A stretch of 54,622 nucleotides of DNA, the filler included, from Stramenopiles sp. TOSAG23-6 (Eukaryota): NCBI GenBank assembly GCA_900128565.1. It is 3 parts of 3 records of this genome, joined end to end, with 100 filler letters (N's around TTAATTAATTAA, not from the genome) between each part and the next. Parts side by side here need not be neighbours in the genome. Positions count along the whole stretch, not along the records: positions 36,573 to 54,622 come from LT636068.1; 2 more parts are not named here. One strand, written 5' to 3'. Below are positions 45,280-54,622 of this stretch, one piece after another. Under the pieces are notes generated by a model. It did no database searches. It saw only the letters and a program-made list of their open reading frames with translations, and was not told the DNA's origin. The position numbers were made by a program, and so were the translations under genes. Position 1 is the stretch's first letter. Every line of letters starts with the position of its first letter.

Positions 45280-48200
45280 TTAAGTTGAAGCAGGTGTTAC
45301 ACTTGTTGTGAATGGAGATCCCACAATATTTTCTTCTCGTGACCAAAGCAATCTATTAGGGACAATTTCCTTTGGAAGGACAATACCAGAAAGAGAATCT
45401 CTATTTTTCTTTGCTGTGCCTGCCATCCATGATAACTGTGCAGTTGCTGCACCTCTGTTATCCCGATATTCCACATATATATCATAGAGTGCTCCTTCGT
45501 TGAGATGTATCGCAGTTCCAGAAATTTCTACCAGGGGTTCAAGAGTTCCATTAGATGAAATATTATCATCCAAACTTCCTCCATTGCTTCCATCATCAAT
45601 CATCGCAACAGGCCAATTATTAAGTACCCATACTGAATCAATTCTCACTCTCATGTGATCACCTTCGCGAATAGTTGCTGAAAAAATATAGTCTGCATCG
45701 TATTCTGCACGTACTAAACCTTTCCACCGTATAGACACATAATTGAGTAGCCCAGATCCATCTGCATACAGAAGAGGGCTAAACTGCCAGTCGTGATCAA
45801 TATTAGGTTCCAATGAAATCTTCGTAGGTGATCCTTGAAAGAATGCGTTACTAAAGTACTCAGCCAATAATCCTGGATCTCGTGCTAACGTGATTGATAT
45901 TAAATGAGGATTGCTTGAAGAATTGGGAGATGACTCATTTGGTACGCGGACATTCCATTGTACAATGTACTCACCGCCTCCTGGTCGACAATGACCATCG
46001 CTACAACTTTGGCCATTAGGATCAATTATAGGGCTAGGTTTTGCCCATAAATTATAAACATGTACACCACTGATACGCACAGCAAATACATCTTTTTCTT
46101 GTTCTGATGTACGTTGATTCACTGCATTTGTTGAATTCTCCTGCTCCCCGTGTGGTAATGTTGATGGAAAGCGACTATTTGCATCACCTGCATAAATTTT
46201 GAAAGAAGCTAATGTTCCCGCTTGAACTGTAGTTAATGCTCCTCCAGTAACAGTTGATCCAGAACCCGATGCTGCATTAGGCTCTACATATAAAGAAAAT
46301 GGGCTTTTAGATATATTTTCCTCNCCATTTTCTGTCGCAACTGAAATATTCATAGAGTACACGCCACTCTTTTGCGCTGTATAAGCTACATTGTATTTCC
46401 CTGCTCCTAAGTACGATGTAACTCCTTTTACTTGTTGCCAACCCGTCGAATGTTTTAATAACACAGTAAGTTGATCTTCAACTAAACGCTCATTTCCATT
46501 AACATCTCGCAATGTAACAGTAAATGTATATTCTACTCCTGTCATTGCTCGAGAAATACCATCTCCACTTGCCGTTGATAATGATCCACGAGCTTGGCCA
46601 TCACTTACAACCAGAAGGAAAGGCGATCCCTGAATATGACGTGTTCCAGAGCGCGCAAATTCATCGATAGCAAACTTACCTTGTGCAGCCAGTATGGTCT
46701 TTGAGGTTGCACTAATACTTGAATCGTCCATTGTAATATGAAGTTGGTACAAACCACTGAGTTTGGGAGTATATCTAACAGTGTAAAAACCATCATTGGT
46801 ATCTTCAACGCTAGCAATAAAGGATGCATTTTCATCAGCACCATCTCCACTTCCTCCACCACCGAACCTCGAATCCCATCTCTTCCATGTAGAATTATTA
46901 CCGTATGGACCTGCGTCAGTAAATGCACACCCCGGTGCAGAGTTACATCGATTTTTATTGTTCTGAAAAATATCAGCAGAGCACAGTATTGCAGAGCAAC
47001 ACTCAGCACCAACACATGGGCGCGAACCGTCAACTAAAGTATCACTCTTCCATTCACAAGAAGTATCTAATGTACACTGATGACTATCATAACCTTTATC
47101 GCAGGTTGCTTTTGAAGTCCCTTTACATGTATTGGCAATAAGATCTGGGCGACCACCACCTGTTAGGGTAGCTACGACAGTCCATTTATCTGCTCCAATA
47201 TGCCTGTGATTCCCAAAGGCATCGCGGGCATCAATGACAAACTTTGTTTCAATTGCCGCAGTCGCAACGACAATACCGGATCCTTTAGCAAATGATTTTC
47301 TTGGATCAGTCTGTGCTGACTCAATTGTAGGTCTGAATGGACTTCCAAGAAGAGGTGCTTCCGAATATAATTGGGATGCAGGTACTACCTGCACTTGTTG
47401 CGAAGCACTCCGCCATTGGAGTTTTACAGCTGCTATACCAGTTAAATCACGGTACTCAATAATTATTTTATGAAGTTTTGCCGCAGTCAGCAGAACATTT
47501 GTGGATGACTTCATCACTGAAGAACCAGTCCCTTGAATTCTCTCTTCATTGTTGGTATTCGACCACAAAGAATTTTTTGACCACGAATCTATTACTAATA
47601 AATCATCAATAAATATTCTAATTCCATCATCTGATCCTATATGAACAGTAAGTGTATACAACTCTGAAAATAGCGGTTGAATAAATCCTGACCATCGTAT
47701 ACTAAATCGATCCCATCCAATGATGTTCTCAAGCCCAGGAAGAATATCAAAATGTGGAGATTTCTCCCATGCAAAATCTATGACAGGATCGATTTGAGAG
47801 TGTACCAATCCTGACTGACTTGAATTTGGATTCCGCAGACTTGTTGGGTTTCCAGAGTCATTATAACTTAACCTCGATTCACCATTCTTTGATATTCCAG
47901 GTTTTGGTGCACCGAGATCTTCAACATCAAAGTATTCTCCATATAAACCACCCGGTGATGCCATTACGACATCACATTCATAGTCTCCCTGTACTTGTGG
48001 AGTCCATGTACCTTCATATTTTCCAGTGCTGTCTCCTAAATTTGACAACAAGATTTCAGGGACATCACAAGAACCCAAATTCGTATCGACACATGATCGA
48101 GAAGTTTGACTAGCTCGTGCATACATGGATAGTTGTGATCCTAGTGTATATACCAATCCATCTTCTTCTGCCGGGGTTCGGCCTGCATATCCCCTCATCG

Positions 48201-51200
48201 GCCATCCTTCCGATATACCTTTACTAGGCGAGTATCCATCGGTAGGATCTACTTCAGTATTAGAAGGCGCATCTGGTCGAGCTATGCGAGGAGAGTTTCC
48301 AGAATTACCATTCGTTTGATACGGTGTAGCCACAGTCCATGTACCTGGAACCCATTTATTTGAAGTCCAAACAGCGCCATGACCATTGCAATCGTTTTGC
48401 GGTGTCACGCCTAAAATATCAACAGGATCCGTGCACAAACCGAGAACTTCGCATTCAGTTTTTATCGATGGTCCATATGCAAAAGCACCCGATTGAACTA
48501 TTGTTTCATAATGTTGCTGCACATCTTTCGATGCCGCATTCCAAATACCTCCAGTAGAAGCTACTCCAACCTGAGTCTGACCTTCTGGAGGTTCATTGCC
48601 AACGGAATGCCAAACACCTGATGCAGCATTACACTCTGTTTCTGACAAAGCTGCACGACAAACTTCATTGGAGAAGGGATATCCACCACTACCACTTTCA
48701 AAAGGACGCCCTGCTTCATCCGTTGCAGCTTCCCAAACACAACCTGGAACATTTTCACAAGCTGTTGCAGTAGTGCGATTTTTCACAGCTCGACATGCAT
48801 CTTCTGAAGAACAATATCCAGAACCACCAGCTTTAGGGGATTTCCCCGGTGGTGTTGCGGCATAATACACCAAAGAGTCTTGAGCCTTTGCAGTGGACTG
48901 TCTCTTCACCTCTGAAGAACTCTGTGCGACACAAATACCACATTGTTTTTCTAATAATGCACCAGCACCAGCACCGGAGCATTCCCCACCTTCATCCGGA
49001 CCTGCATGACACCGTACAAAGAATTGATCGCCGCTGGTTATTTGTGTGTTTCCAAATTTATCCACAGCTTGAACCTTTACTGGTGATGCAACACCGGCAA
49101 CACCGTGAAACAAACCAATTCCTGTAGGCTCGCTTTTCCCAGGATTTGTGGGAGCTGGTCGCACAGTCAATGAAAATGGACTACCACTAACTCCGACTGG
49201 AACGTCACTAATCGTAACAGTGACATCTATAGTATGAAGCCCAGCCCTTGTAGCTGTATATTTTATCATCCAAAGACCATCTTGAAGGTACTCAGCATTA
49301 CCCGTGACAATACCCCCATTACTGGAATCTACAGTGCCTGCTTTCCATCGTGCATTTCCCAGATGTGTTAATGTTATACCAATTGTATCGGTCGAAGAAC
49401 TTCGTTTATTTCCCCACGTATCCCTTAGTTGAACGAGAAATGTCTGTTCAAAGCCTGCTTGTGCATCAGAAAGACCGATACCTGAGGCAGTACTTGTACT
49501 GCTTACTGGAACACCATCACTGACATCAACTGTGAATGGCGAACCTACAATGTTTACGTCATTGGTTTTTACATAGAGTAAACGCTTTCCACTGGACGGT
49601 GCATCATATGAACATGTATACTTGCCATCTGTTGTATAAACGACATTTCCGGTAACAAGTGTAGCATCATCTTTGGCAATTTCTACTGTTACAACGTCAC
49701 TATTGGATGGTTCTAATATAGCATTAGAATGCAAATCTCTACCCTGGACTTCGAATGTTTGTACAACTCCAGAAGTCGCGGTGCTTATACCTACTCCTGT
49801 GGCAGTACTCTTTTCATGTAACACATTAGGTGCGACATTCACAGTATATGGACTCTGAGCAATGTGCTCAGGTGAATAATTTTCGTAACTTCCAATATTA
49901 CCTGCTACTTTACGAGCAGCGAAAGAAGAAGCTGTTCCAGGGGGAACATCGACTACAACATGTAGTGAATATACACCTCGCTTCTCTGCTACGTACGCAC
50001 AGTCATATTTCCCATTCCCTTGGTCATAGACCCAGCCACGATGATACACACCCGAACCTACATGATATGCAAAAACACGAACTCGTTCATTCCCCTCAAA
50101 TTTCCGGTTGTGTACATGGTCACGTAATCGCACAGTGAAGGTAGCAGTAATTCCAGCAGTCGCCTGTGAGAGACCAACACCCCAAGCATTGCTCGTCGCA
50201 CCACGCGTGACCCCAGGCCATACGCGCAATTCAAATGGCGAACCCTCAATTCCTTTTAATCTACCACTTGGGTCTGCAGCACTGACATATAAATCGTATT
50301 TGCCACTAATTGGAATTGTAATTGATGCCACATGGTCGCCTTTCGCCCCTACAGAATCCTCAGGAGGGTCCGTAGTTAAGAATTTATACGAACCTTTTAC
50401 AAATTGTGAACCATCACCCCCACCTCCTTCTCCTACTAACACAGCAATAATCGAGAATGAGTCCGAAGCACCGAGCATCCCCCGATGATTTCCATAAATA
50501 TCATTAGATAGGATAACAAATTCATGTGCATTTCCAGCATATTGTTCACTCAAAGATCCACCGATTGCTCTTGACGAAGGACCAACTAAAGGACCCGGTG
50601 CAATGGTTATTTGATATGGCGACGCACCAGCAACATTTCCAACTCTCACACCCGATCCCAATGAATGGAGCGACCACAATCTATATGGTTGCAATACACT
50701 GCGAGCAAGAGAACTGGAAGATAACTCAATACGCAGAAAAGCATCACCTGTTATATCTCTATATTCCACGCGAAAGTCGTGGAATCCAAACTCCATAGCT
50801 ACGACACGTTCTATGGTAGTTGTACAAGGTGTATCCCACATATCTATTAGTAGAATATGATCAAGCCAAACTCGCACATTATCATCCGCCGTAACATAAA
50901 AATGATAATCTTCAATTGTAACCAGAGGAACATATAGTTTTCCTGTCCATCTGGCCGAAACAAAGTCTTTGCTATTTGGAGTAATTCTATCACCTGTCCA
51001 ATTAAAATTGAGTGTTCGATCAATACGATCTACGACTGCTGGACCTTCTAACCAAGGGTTGTCAAAGTATTCCCCTCGAAGTCCATCTTTCTTAGCAAGC
51101 ATTACAGATAAATCATAATTACCAGCACGTTTTGGAAGATATTTACAATCATATTGTCCAGCGGAATCAAATACACATGGAAATGTCGGGTTTCCAGTGA

Positions 51201-53016
51201 CTGTATCTCGTAAAACATCTAGTGGAGGAAATTGTCTTCCAGAATGCCAGGGCACTGAATCAGACTGATCTTGAGCCGATCCATATGGTACATTTAGTTC
51301 AATGAAGAAAATCTCATTTGACGCGAGTTGTCCAGTTAATTGTTCAGTTGAATCGAACGCAGTGATGCGCACATTTGACTCGACCCCAACAGTAGCACTT
51401 ATAGTCCCGGCACCTTCAACAGTACATTTTGGTGGATTAACTGCGACATCCTCATCATCTAATATTGTGATTATAGCCCGTCCTTGTGGACCAATTTGTG
51501 CTAGCGAAGAATGACCTGAAGTATTACTGCTGTACAAACCAGGATCATCATGTACATTGTATAACCTGACTAGAAATCGTTCATTTCCTTCTAATTCAGA
51601 ATCGTCATTAATAGTAACACGAAATGTGAGTTCAACAACTCCCTCGGTAAAGTCAAGTATTTGTGAGCCTGTATAAAATGCAGTTGGAGTGATATCTGAA
51701 GAATTTGTAGTGATATGTTCGATAGAGTACACAACTCGTACACTTCCATAACCACCTCCACTTCGGCGAACCGTGAGGGGTATATATCCAGCAGTTTCGG
51801 ATATTTCATATGTTGGGGATGAAAATGTTATAACACCTTCATGACCACAAACCATATGTGAAATTGCACTTTCAGTACATTCCCAGAGATGATCTTCCTG
51901 GGTTCCTTGAGTACACGTCTGTGATGTAGTTTTCAAAGGGTATGTCGTGGCAGCTACACCTCGTTTTGGAACACGATATGTTTCAGCTCCAGCAAATGCA
52001 TCAGTATGTTTTGATCCAAATGGTAGAGTTATCGGTAATTCCCTCACTACTTCATCAAATGGAAGTGGAAAATCTCTCTGGCGATATCCCGAACGATGTA
52101 TTGATCTTAATATGGGGTCTGCACACTCAAGACAGCCAATATGATCACATCTAAGACAACGTGGATCGAATGTTGAGCATGGTAGACAGTCACCAGCATC
52201 TGGTGATGTTGGTGGTGCTACATAATGACCTTCAATACACTCAGTGCAAACAGAACTAGTGCATTCAGTACATAAAGTGCCATGAGTAGAGCATATATGT
52301 TTACTACAATTTACATCAACGAAACCTTCATAGCACGAACATAACCCGGTAGTGTAGTCACAATCACCCGCACCGGAGCAGTCTAATGGGCAACTCTTTT
52401 TAGGATGACATGTCACCTTATTCGTTGTGTCACGGTAGTAATGAGGAGCGCATTCTCCACAACTATTTCCTTGGTACCCGGTTTCACAGAAGCATGACCC
52501 TGAACGTCTGTCACAATAGCCAAATTCTTTGCCACGACAAAAATATTGACCATTAACGGGACCAACCATTTCAGGGCAATTTTGACGTGGATGTACTCCA
52601 TCATATAATACAGATTTTGTGACAGAGTTACCAGCTCCTTGGTTAACTCGAGTACGTTGAGGATTCGTTGTCACGCCGTATTGACCTACAAAACCTGGTG
52701 CATACGCTTCAAATTTTGGATCATTGGATTGATTATTCGCATCGGTATATCGGTATGCTGTTGTTACACCAAAAATTTCAAATACAATAATCAATATAAG
52801 TATGTTCTGACAGACTGAGATGTATCTAGGGAAAAAAGCAGTTGAGTGAAATTTCCTGTCCCTATTATTATTGGAATGACTACACTTACTTGTACTTGTA
52901 GCAAATACGATTCTACTTTTACCTACATGAGATAACTCTTGATTCATGTTGTTTACTAATATAATACTAGAATATATAAAAGAAAAAATATGTTCAAGTC
53001 TGAATCTCTTGACCAA
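45280..53016 (-). CDS. ~2500-aa secreted/surface protein: EGF-like repeats, Calx-beta, many filamin-type Ig repeats and three PA14 domains; no introns seen
   Basis: CSGAGDCDYTTGLCSC; FSSPTYEISETAG...RVTINDDSELEGNERF; repeated S-A-G-G...F...RD..GN...GSPF; GLRGEYF...FVSARWTG-type PA14 x3. The start is probably downstream of 53016. Confidence 0.85.
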   Translation of the reverse strand: MVKRFRLEHIFSFIYSSIILVNNMNQELSHVGKSRIVFATSTSKCSHSNNNRDRKFHSTAFFPRYISVCQNILILIIVFEIFGVTTAYRYTDANNQSNDPKFEAYAPGFVGQYGVTTNPQRTRVNQGAGNSVTKSVLYDGVHPRQNCPEMVGPVNGQYFCRGKEFGYCDRRSGSCFCETGYQGNSCGECAPHYYRDTTNKVTCHPKKSCPLDCSGAGDCDYTTGLCSCYEGFVDVNCSKHICSTHGTLCTECTSSVCTECIEGHYVAPPTSPDAGDCLPCSTFDPRCLRCDHIGCLECADPILRSIHRSGYRQRDFPLPFDEVVRELPITLPFGSKHTDAFAGAETYRVPKRGVAATTYPLKTTSQTCTQGTQEDHLWECTESAISHMVCGHEGVITFSSPTYEISETAGYIPLTVRRSGGGYGSVRVVYSIEHITTNSSDITPTAFYTGSQILDFTEGVVELTFRVTINDDSELEGNERFLVRLYNVHDDPGLYSSNTSGHSSLAQIGPQGRAIITILDDEDVAVNPPKCTVEGAGTISATVGVESNVRITAFDSTEQLTGQLASNEIFFIELNVPYGSAQDQSDSVPWHSGRQFPPLDVLRDTVTGNPTFPCVFDSAGQYDCKYLPKRAGNYDLSVMLAKKDGLRGEYFDNPWLEGPAVVDRIDRTLNFNWTGDRITPNSKDFVSARWTGKLYVPLVTIEDYHFYVTADDNVRVWLDHILLIDMWDTPCTTTIERVVAMEFGFHDFRVEYRDITGDAFLRIELSSSSLARSVLQPYRLWSLHSLGSGVRVGNVAGASPYQITIAPGPLVGPSSRAIGGSLSEQYAGNAHEFVILSNDIYGNHRGMLGASDSFSIIAVLVGEGGGGDGSQFVKGSYKFLTTDPPEDSVGAKGDHVASITIPISGKYDLYVSAADPSGRLKGIEGSPFELRVWPGVTRGATSNAWGVGLSQATAGITATFTVRLRDHVHNRKFEGNERVRVFAYHVGSGVYHRGWVYDQGNGKYDCAYVAEKRGVYSLHVVVDVPPGTASSFAARKVAGNIGSYENYSPEHIAQSPYTVNVAPNVLHEKSTATGVGISTATSGVVQTFEVQGRDLHSNAILEPSNSDVVTVEIAKDDATLVTGNVVYTTDGKYTCSYDAPSSGKRLLYVKTNDVNIVGSPFTVDVSDGVPVSSTSTASGIGLSDAQAGFEQTFLVQLRDTWGNKRSSSTDTIGITLTHLGNARWKAGTVDSSNGGIVTGNAEYLQDGLWMIKYTATRAGLHTIDVTVTISDVPVGVSGSPFSLTVRPAPTNPGKSEPTGIGLFHGVAGVASPVKVQAVDKFGNTQITSGDQFFVRCHAGPDEGGECSGAGAGALLEKQCGICVAQSSSEVKRQSTAKAQDSLVYYAATPPGKSPKAGGSGYCSSEDACRAVKNRTTATACENVPGCVWEAATDEAGRPFESGSGGYPFSNEVCRAALSETECNAASGVWHSVGNEPPEGQTQVGVASTGGIWNAASKDVQQHYETIVQSGAFAYGPSIKTECEVLGLCTDPVDILGVTPQNDCNGHGAVWTSNKWVPGTWTVATPYQTNGNSGNSPRIARPDAPSNTEVDPTDGYSPSKGISEGWPMRGYAGRTPAEEDGLVYTLGSQLSMYARASQTSRSCVDTNLGSCDVPEILLSNLGDSTGKYEGTWTPQVQGDYECDVVMASPGGLYGEYFDVEDLGAPKPGISKNGESRLSYNDSGNPTSLRNPNSSQSGLVHSQIDPVIDFAWEKSPHFDILPGLENIIGWDRFSIRWSGFIQPLFSELYTLTVHIGSDDGIRIFIDDLLVIDSWSKNSLWSNTNNEERIQGTGSSVMKSSTNVLLTAAKLHKIIIEYRDLTGIAAVKLQWRSASQQVQVVPASQLYSEAPLLGSPFRPTIESAQTDPRKSFAKGSGIVVATAAIETKFVIDARDAFGNHRHIGADKWTVVATLTGGGRPDLIANTCKGTSKATCDKGYDSHQCTLDTSCEWKSDTLVDGSRPCVGAECCSAILCSADIFQNNKNRCNSAPGCAFTDAGPYGNNSTWKRWDSRFGGGGSGDGADENASFIASVEDTNDGFYTVRYTPKLSGLYQLHITMDDSSISATSKTILAAQGKFAIDEFARSGTRHIQGSPFLLVVSDGQARGSLSTASGDGISRAMTGVEYTFTVTLRDVNGNERLVEDQLTVLLKHSTGWQQVKGVTSYLGAGKYNVAYTAQKSGVYSMNISVATENXEENISKSPFSLYVEPNAASGSGSTVTGGALTTVQAGTLASFKIYAGDANSRFPSTLPHGEQENSTNAVNQRTSEQEKDVFAVRISGVHVYNLWAKPSPIIDPNGQSCSDGHCRPGGGEYIVQWNVRVPNESSPNSSSNPHLISITLARDPGLLAEYFSNAFFQGSPTKISLEPNIDHDWQFSPLLYADGSGLLNYVSIRWKGLVRAEYDADYIFSATIREGDHMRVRIDSVWVLNNWPVAMIDDGSNGGSLDDNISSNGTLEPLVEISGTAIHLNEGALYDIYVEYRDNRGAATAQLSWMAGTAKKNRDSLSGIVLPKEIVPNRLLWSREENIVGSPFTTSVTPAST

Positions 53017-53187
53017 AATTGGTCAGAAATGACATAAAACCTATAATAATAAACTGGTGGAATGATTGAAGATGAGTAATTCCGTTGAAACAGTTTATTT
53101 TGACGGTTTCATTAATCAAAAGATGGTACCCGGTTCCCCTTTTTACAATAATTTTTACTAAATCGTGGGTGAATTTTACATTTTGCA

Positions 53188-54559
53188 TTACNAATTCACC
53201 CCCTTTTTTTCACGCATCCATGATGGAACATACCCTTCCGTAATTTTATTAGTTTTATCCAAAGTTTCTTGTGGCGTTGTTGTATTCTGCTGATATTTGT
53301 TCATTTTTTGTTGTTTTTTAATAAATTGTTGTTTTTCATATTCATCAAGTCTTCGTTCATTTTCCATTTCTTTTCGCTGTAGCATTTGTTCCTTTCCTTG
53401 ACGACTTGAAGGATCCCACGGGCGATACTCAATTTGTTTTTGATTCTGTTGTTTTTGTTGTTTTTGTTGGTTTTGAAGGTCTGGGGGTATTGGCTGGTGC
53501 AACTGTTGTGGAATTGGCTGACTTGGTGGAATTCTATTGTGTTGCTGAACTTGGTGAATCTTATTATTTTGCTTTATACCAAAAAACGATTTATTCGTTT
53601 TTTTAGATTTTGTACCAAACTTATAATTCACATGTGGTTTCCTTCTTCGCCAACCAGGTTGACGGTCATAAATTTGACCAACACCAAATCCAGGAAATAA
53701 ATCAACTGTTTTTTGTTGGTGTTTTTTGGGAACATTATTCTTTTCTTCTAAATAAGTACCTTCCAAGTCATTATCATTTATATCATTAGGATCTACTCGT
53801 ACAATGCCAGCTGCTGCTTCAACCGTATCTTGATTTTGGCTGACAAAATCAATAGCAGAGGATCGGTCTACAAATGTTCTTGGAATATCGCCTCGTTCTT
53901 TTGCTTGTTTTGTAAGAGCAGGAATAGTATAAATAGTAGTTGTTTCACCATCATCCATTTTATACATTTGCATTGCATCTTTACGTACAAAAAACGTAGG
54001 ATTGAACTCTGCGTCAAGTGCAACTAATTGCTTTTTCATTTGTGAATTTCTGCCTCGTATTGCACCATAATTCTTATTTTTCAGATGAGGAATTCCAACT
54101 CTACCGCTCATATCTGACATCTTATCCATGATTGTAATATCAGTATGATGTATTGCTAGAATTTCGAATAAATATGCATCACTATGACAAATCAATGCAT
54201 CAGGGTAAATATCATCGATATCATCTACACCATTGCCGAAAGGGTTTCCCATTTTTAATGTAAGCTTTCGTGACATTAGAAATGCGAGCGTCGTAAAGAG
54301 TGTTGCAAACACAGGGACTATCTGAAAAGATGAACCTGGAACATAACAATGAAACGCATAACTGAATGGACACAATAAAATTGCCAAATCTATTAGAAAT
54401 AGATGAAAAATACCAAAACCATCTGGCTGTATTTGATAAGTCCAATATACTGTGTAGAATATTTTTGTTGTAAAAAAAAATTATGAGGTGCAAAAATTAC
54501 CATGAAAAAAAACAATTTGAAATTAATGATGAAAACATACATGGTCGTGTAGTTCATGC
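53188..54559 (-). CDS. Bestrophin-like membrane protein, C-terminal part; exons 54559-54541 (19 nt), 54444-53188
   Basis: Two hydrophobic helices followed by KMGNPFGNGVDDID (bestrophin NPFG..DD motif) and a long Q-rich tail. Confidence 0.6.
54445..54540 (-). mobile_element. Introner-family intron (96 nt, GT...AT, flanks AT/AT), diverged copy
   Basis: GTATGTTTTCATCATTAATTTC start, branch motif decayed to CCTCAT; removal gives HELHDH|WTYQIQP. Confidence 0.7.
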
Positions 54560-54622
54560 ATGTATTTTGGAAAAATATTTCAAAAAAACCCGTTAGGTAC
54601 AAAATTTCGTACGAAAAAAAAA
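54560..54622 (-). mobile_element. Introner-family copy, 3' part (5' end beyond window end)
   Basis: CGTACGAAATTTTGTACCTAACGGG...AAATATTTTTCCAAAATAC-AT. Confidence 0.85.

Noticed and set aside
1-54622. CRISPR array or bacterial REP interpretation of the palindromic repeat
   Set aside because: The gene content is eukaryotic, copies are dispersed inside genes with no regular spacers, and no cas genes are present.
6081-54622. Ciliate-style DNA-excised IES elements
   Set aside because: Strict sense-strand orientation, a GT donor and a CTAAC motif favour RNA splicing. Not formally excluded without RNA or somatic DNA data.

Overview
AT-rich, gene-dense eukaryotic (protist-like) genomic DNA. It is at least three contigs joined by N-padded TTAATTAATTAA linkers (18339-18350, 36517-36528). 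About 18 protein-coding genes or gene fragments can be supported. They include MANF/ARMET, an F-box protein, a PWI-RS-RG protein, a ~3270-aa GNAT+PHD+HDAC chromatin protein, an erlin-like SPFH protein, an SLC12 cotransporter, transportin, a ~4000-aa lectin/WSC surface receptor, GCN5, sugar, BT1 and ABCD transporters, a WW-ANK-AP2 protein, a PA14/filamin/EGF secreted protein and a bestrophin-like protein. The outstanding feature is a dispersed ~90-113-nt repeat family with about 24 full or partial copies: GTAYGTTTT...GTACGAAATTTYGTAC-CTAAC...AAATATTTTTYCAMAATAC-NN. It interrupts coding sequence in all three phases and always lies in the host gene's sense orientation. Removing it restores the reading frame, and conserved motifs where the host protein is recognisable, yet no restored junction ends in AG (ends are AT, GT, AC, TT). 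This looks like a family of transposon-derived, AG-independent non-canonical introns (introners), coexisting with one ordinary GT-AG intron. Splicing is inferred from frame restoration only; no RNA evidence is available.
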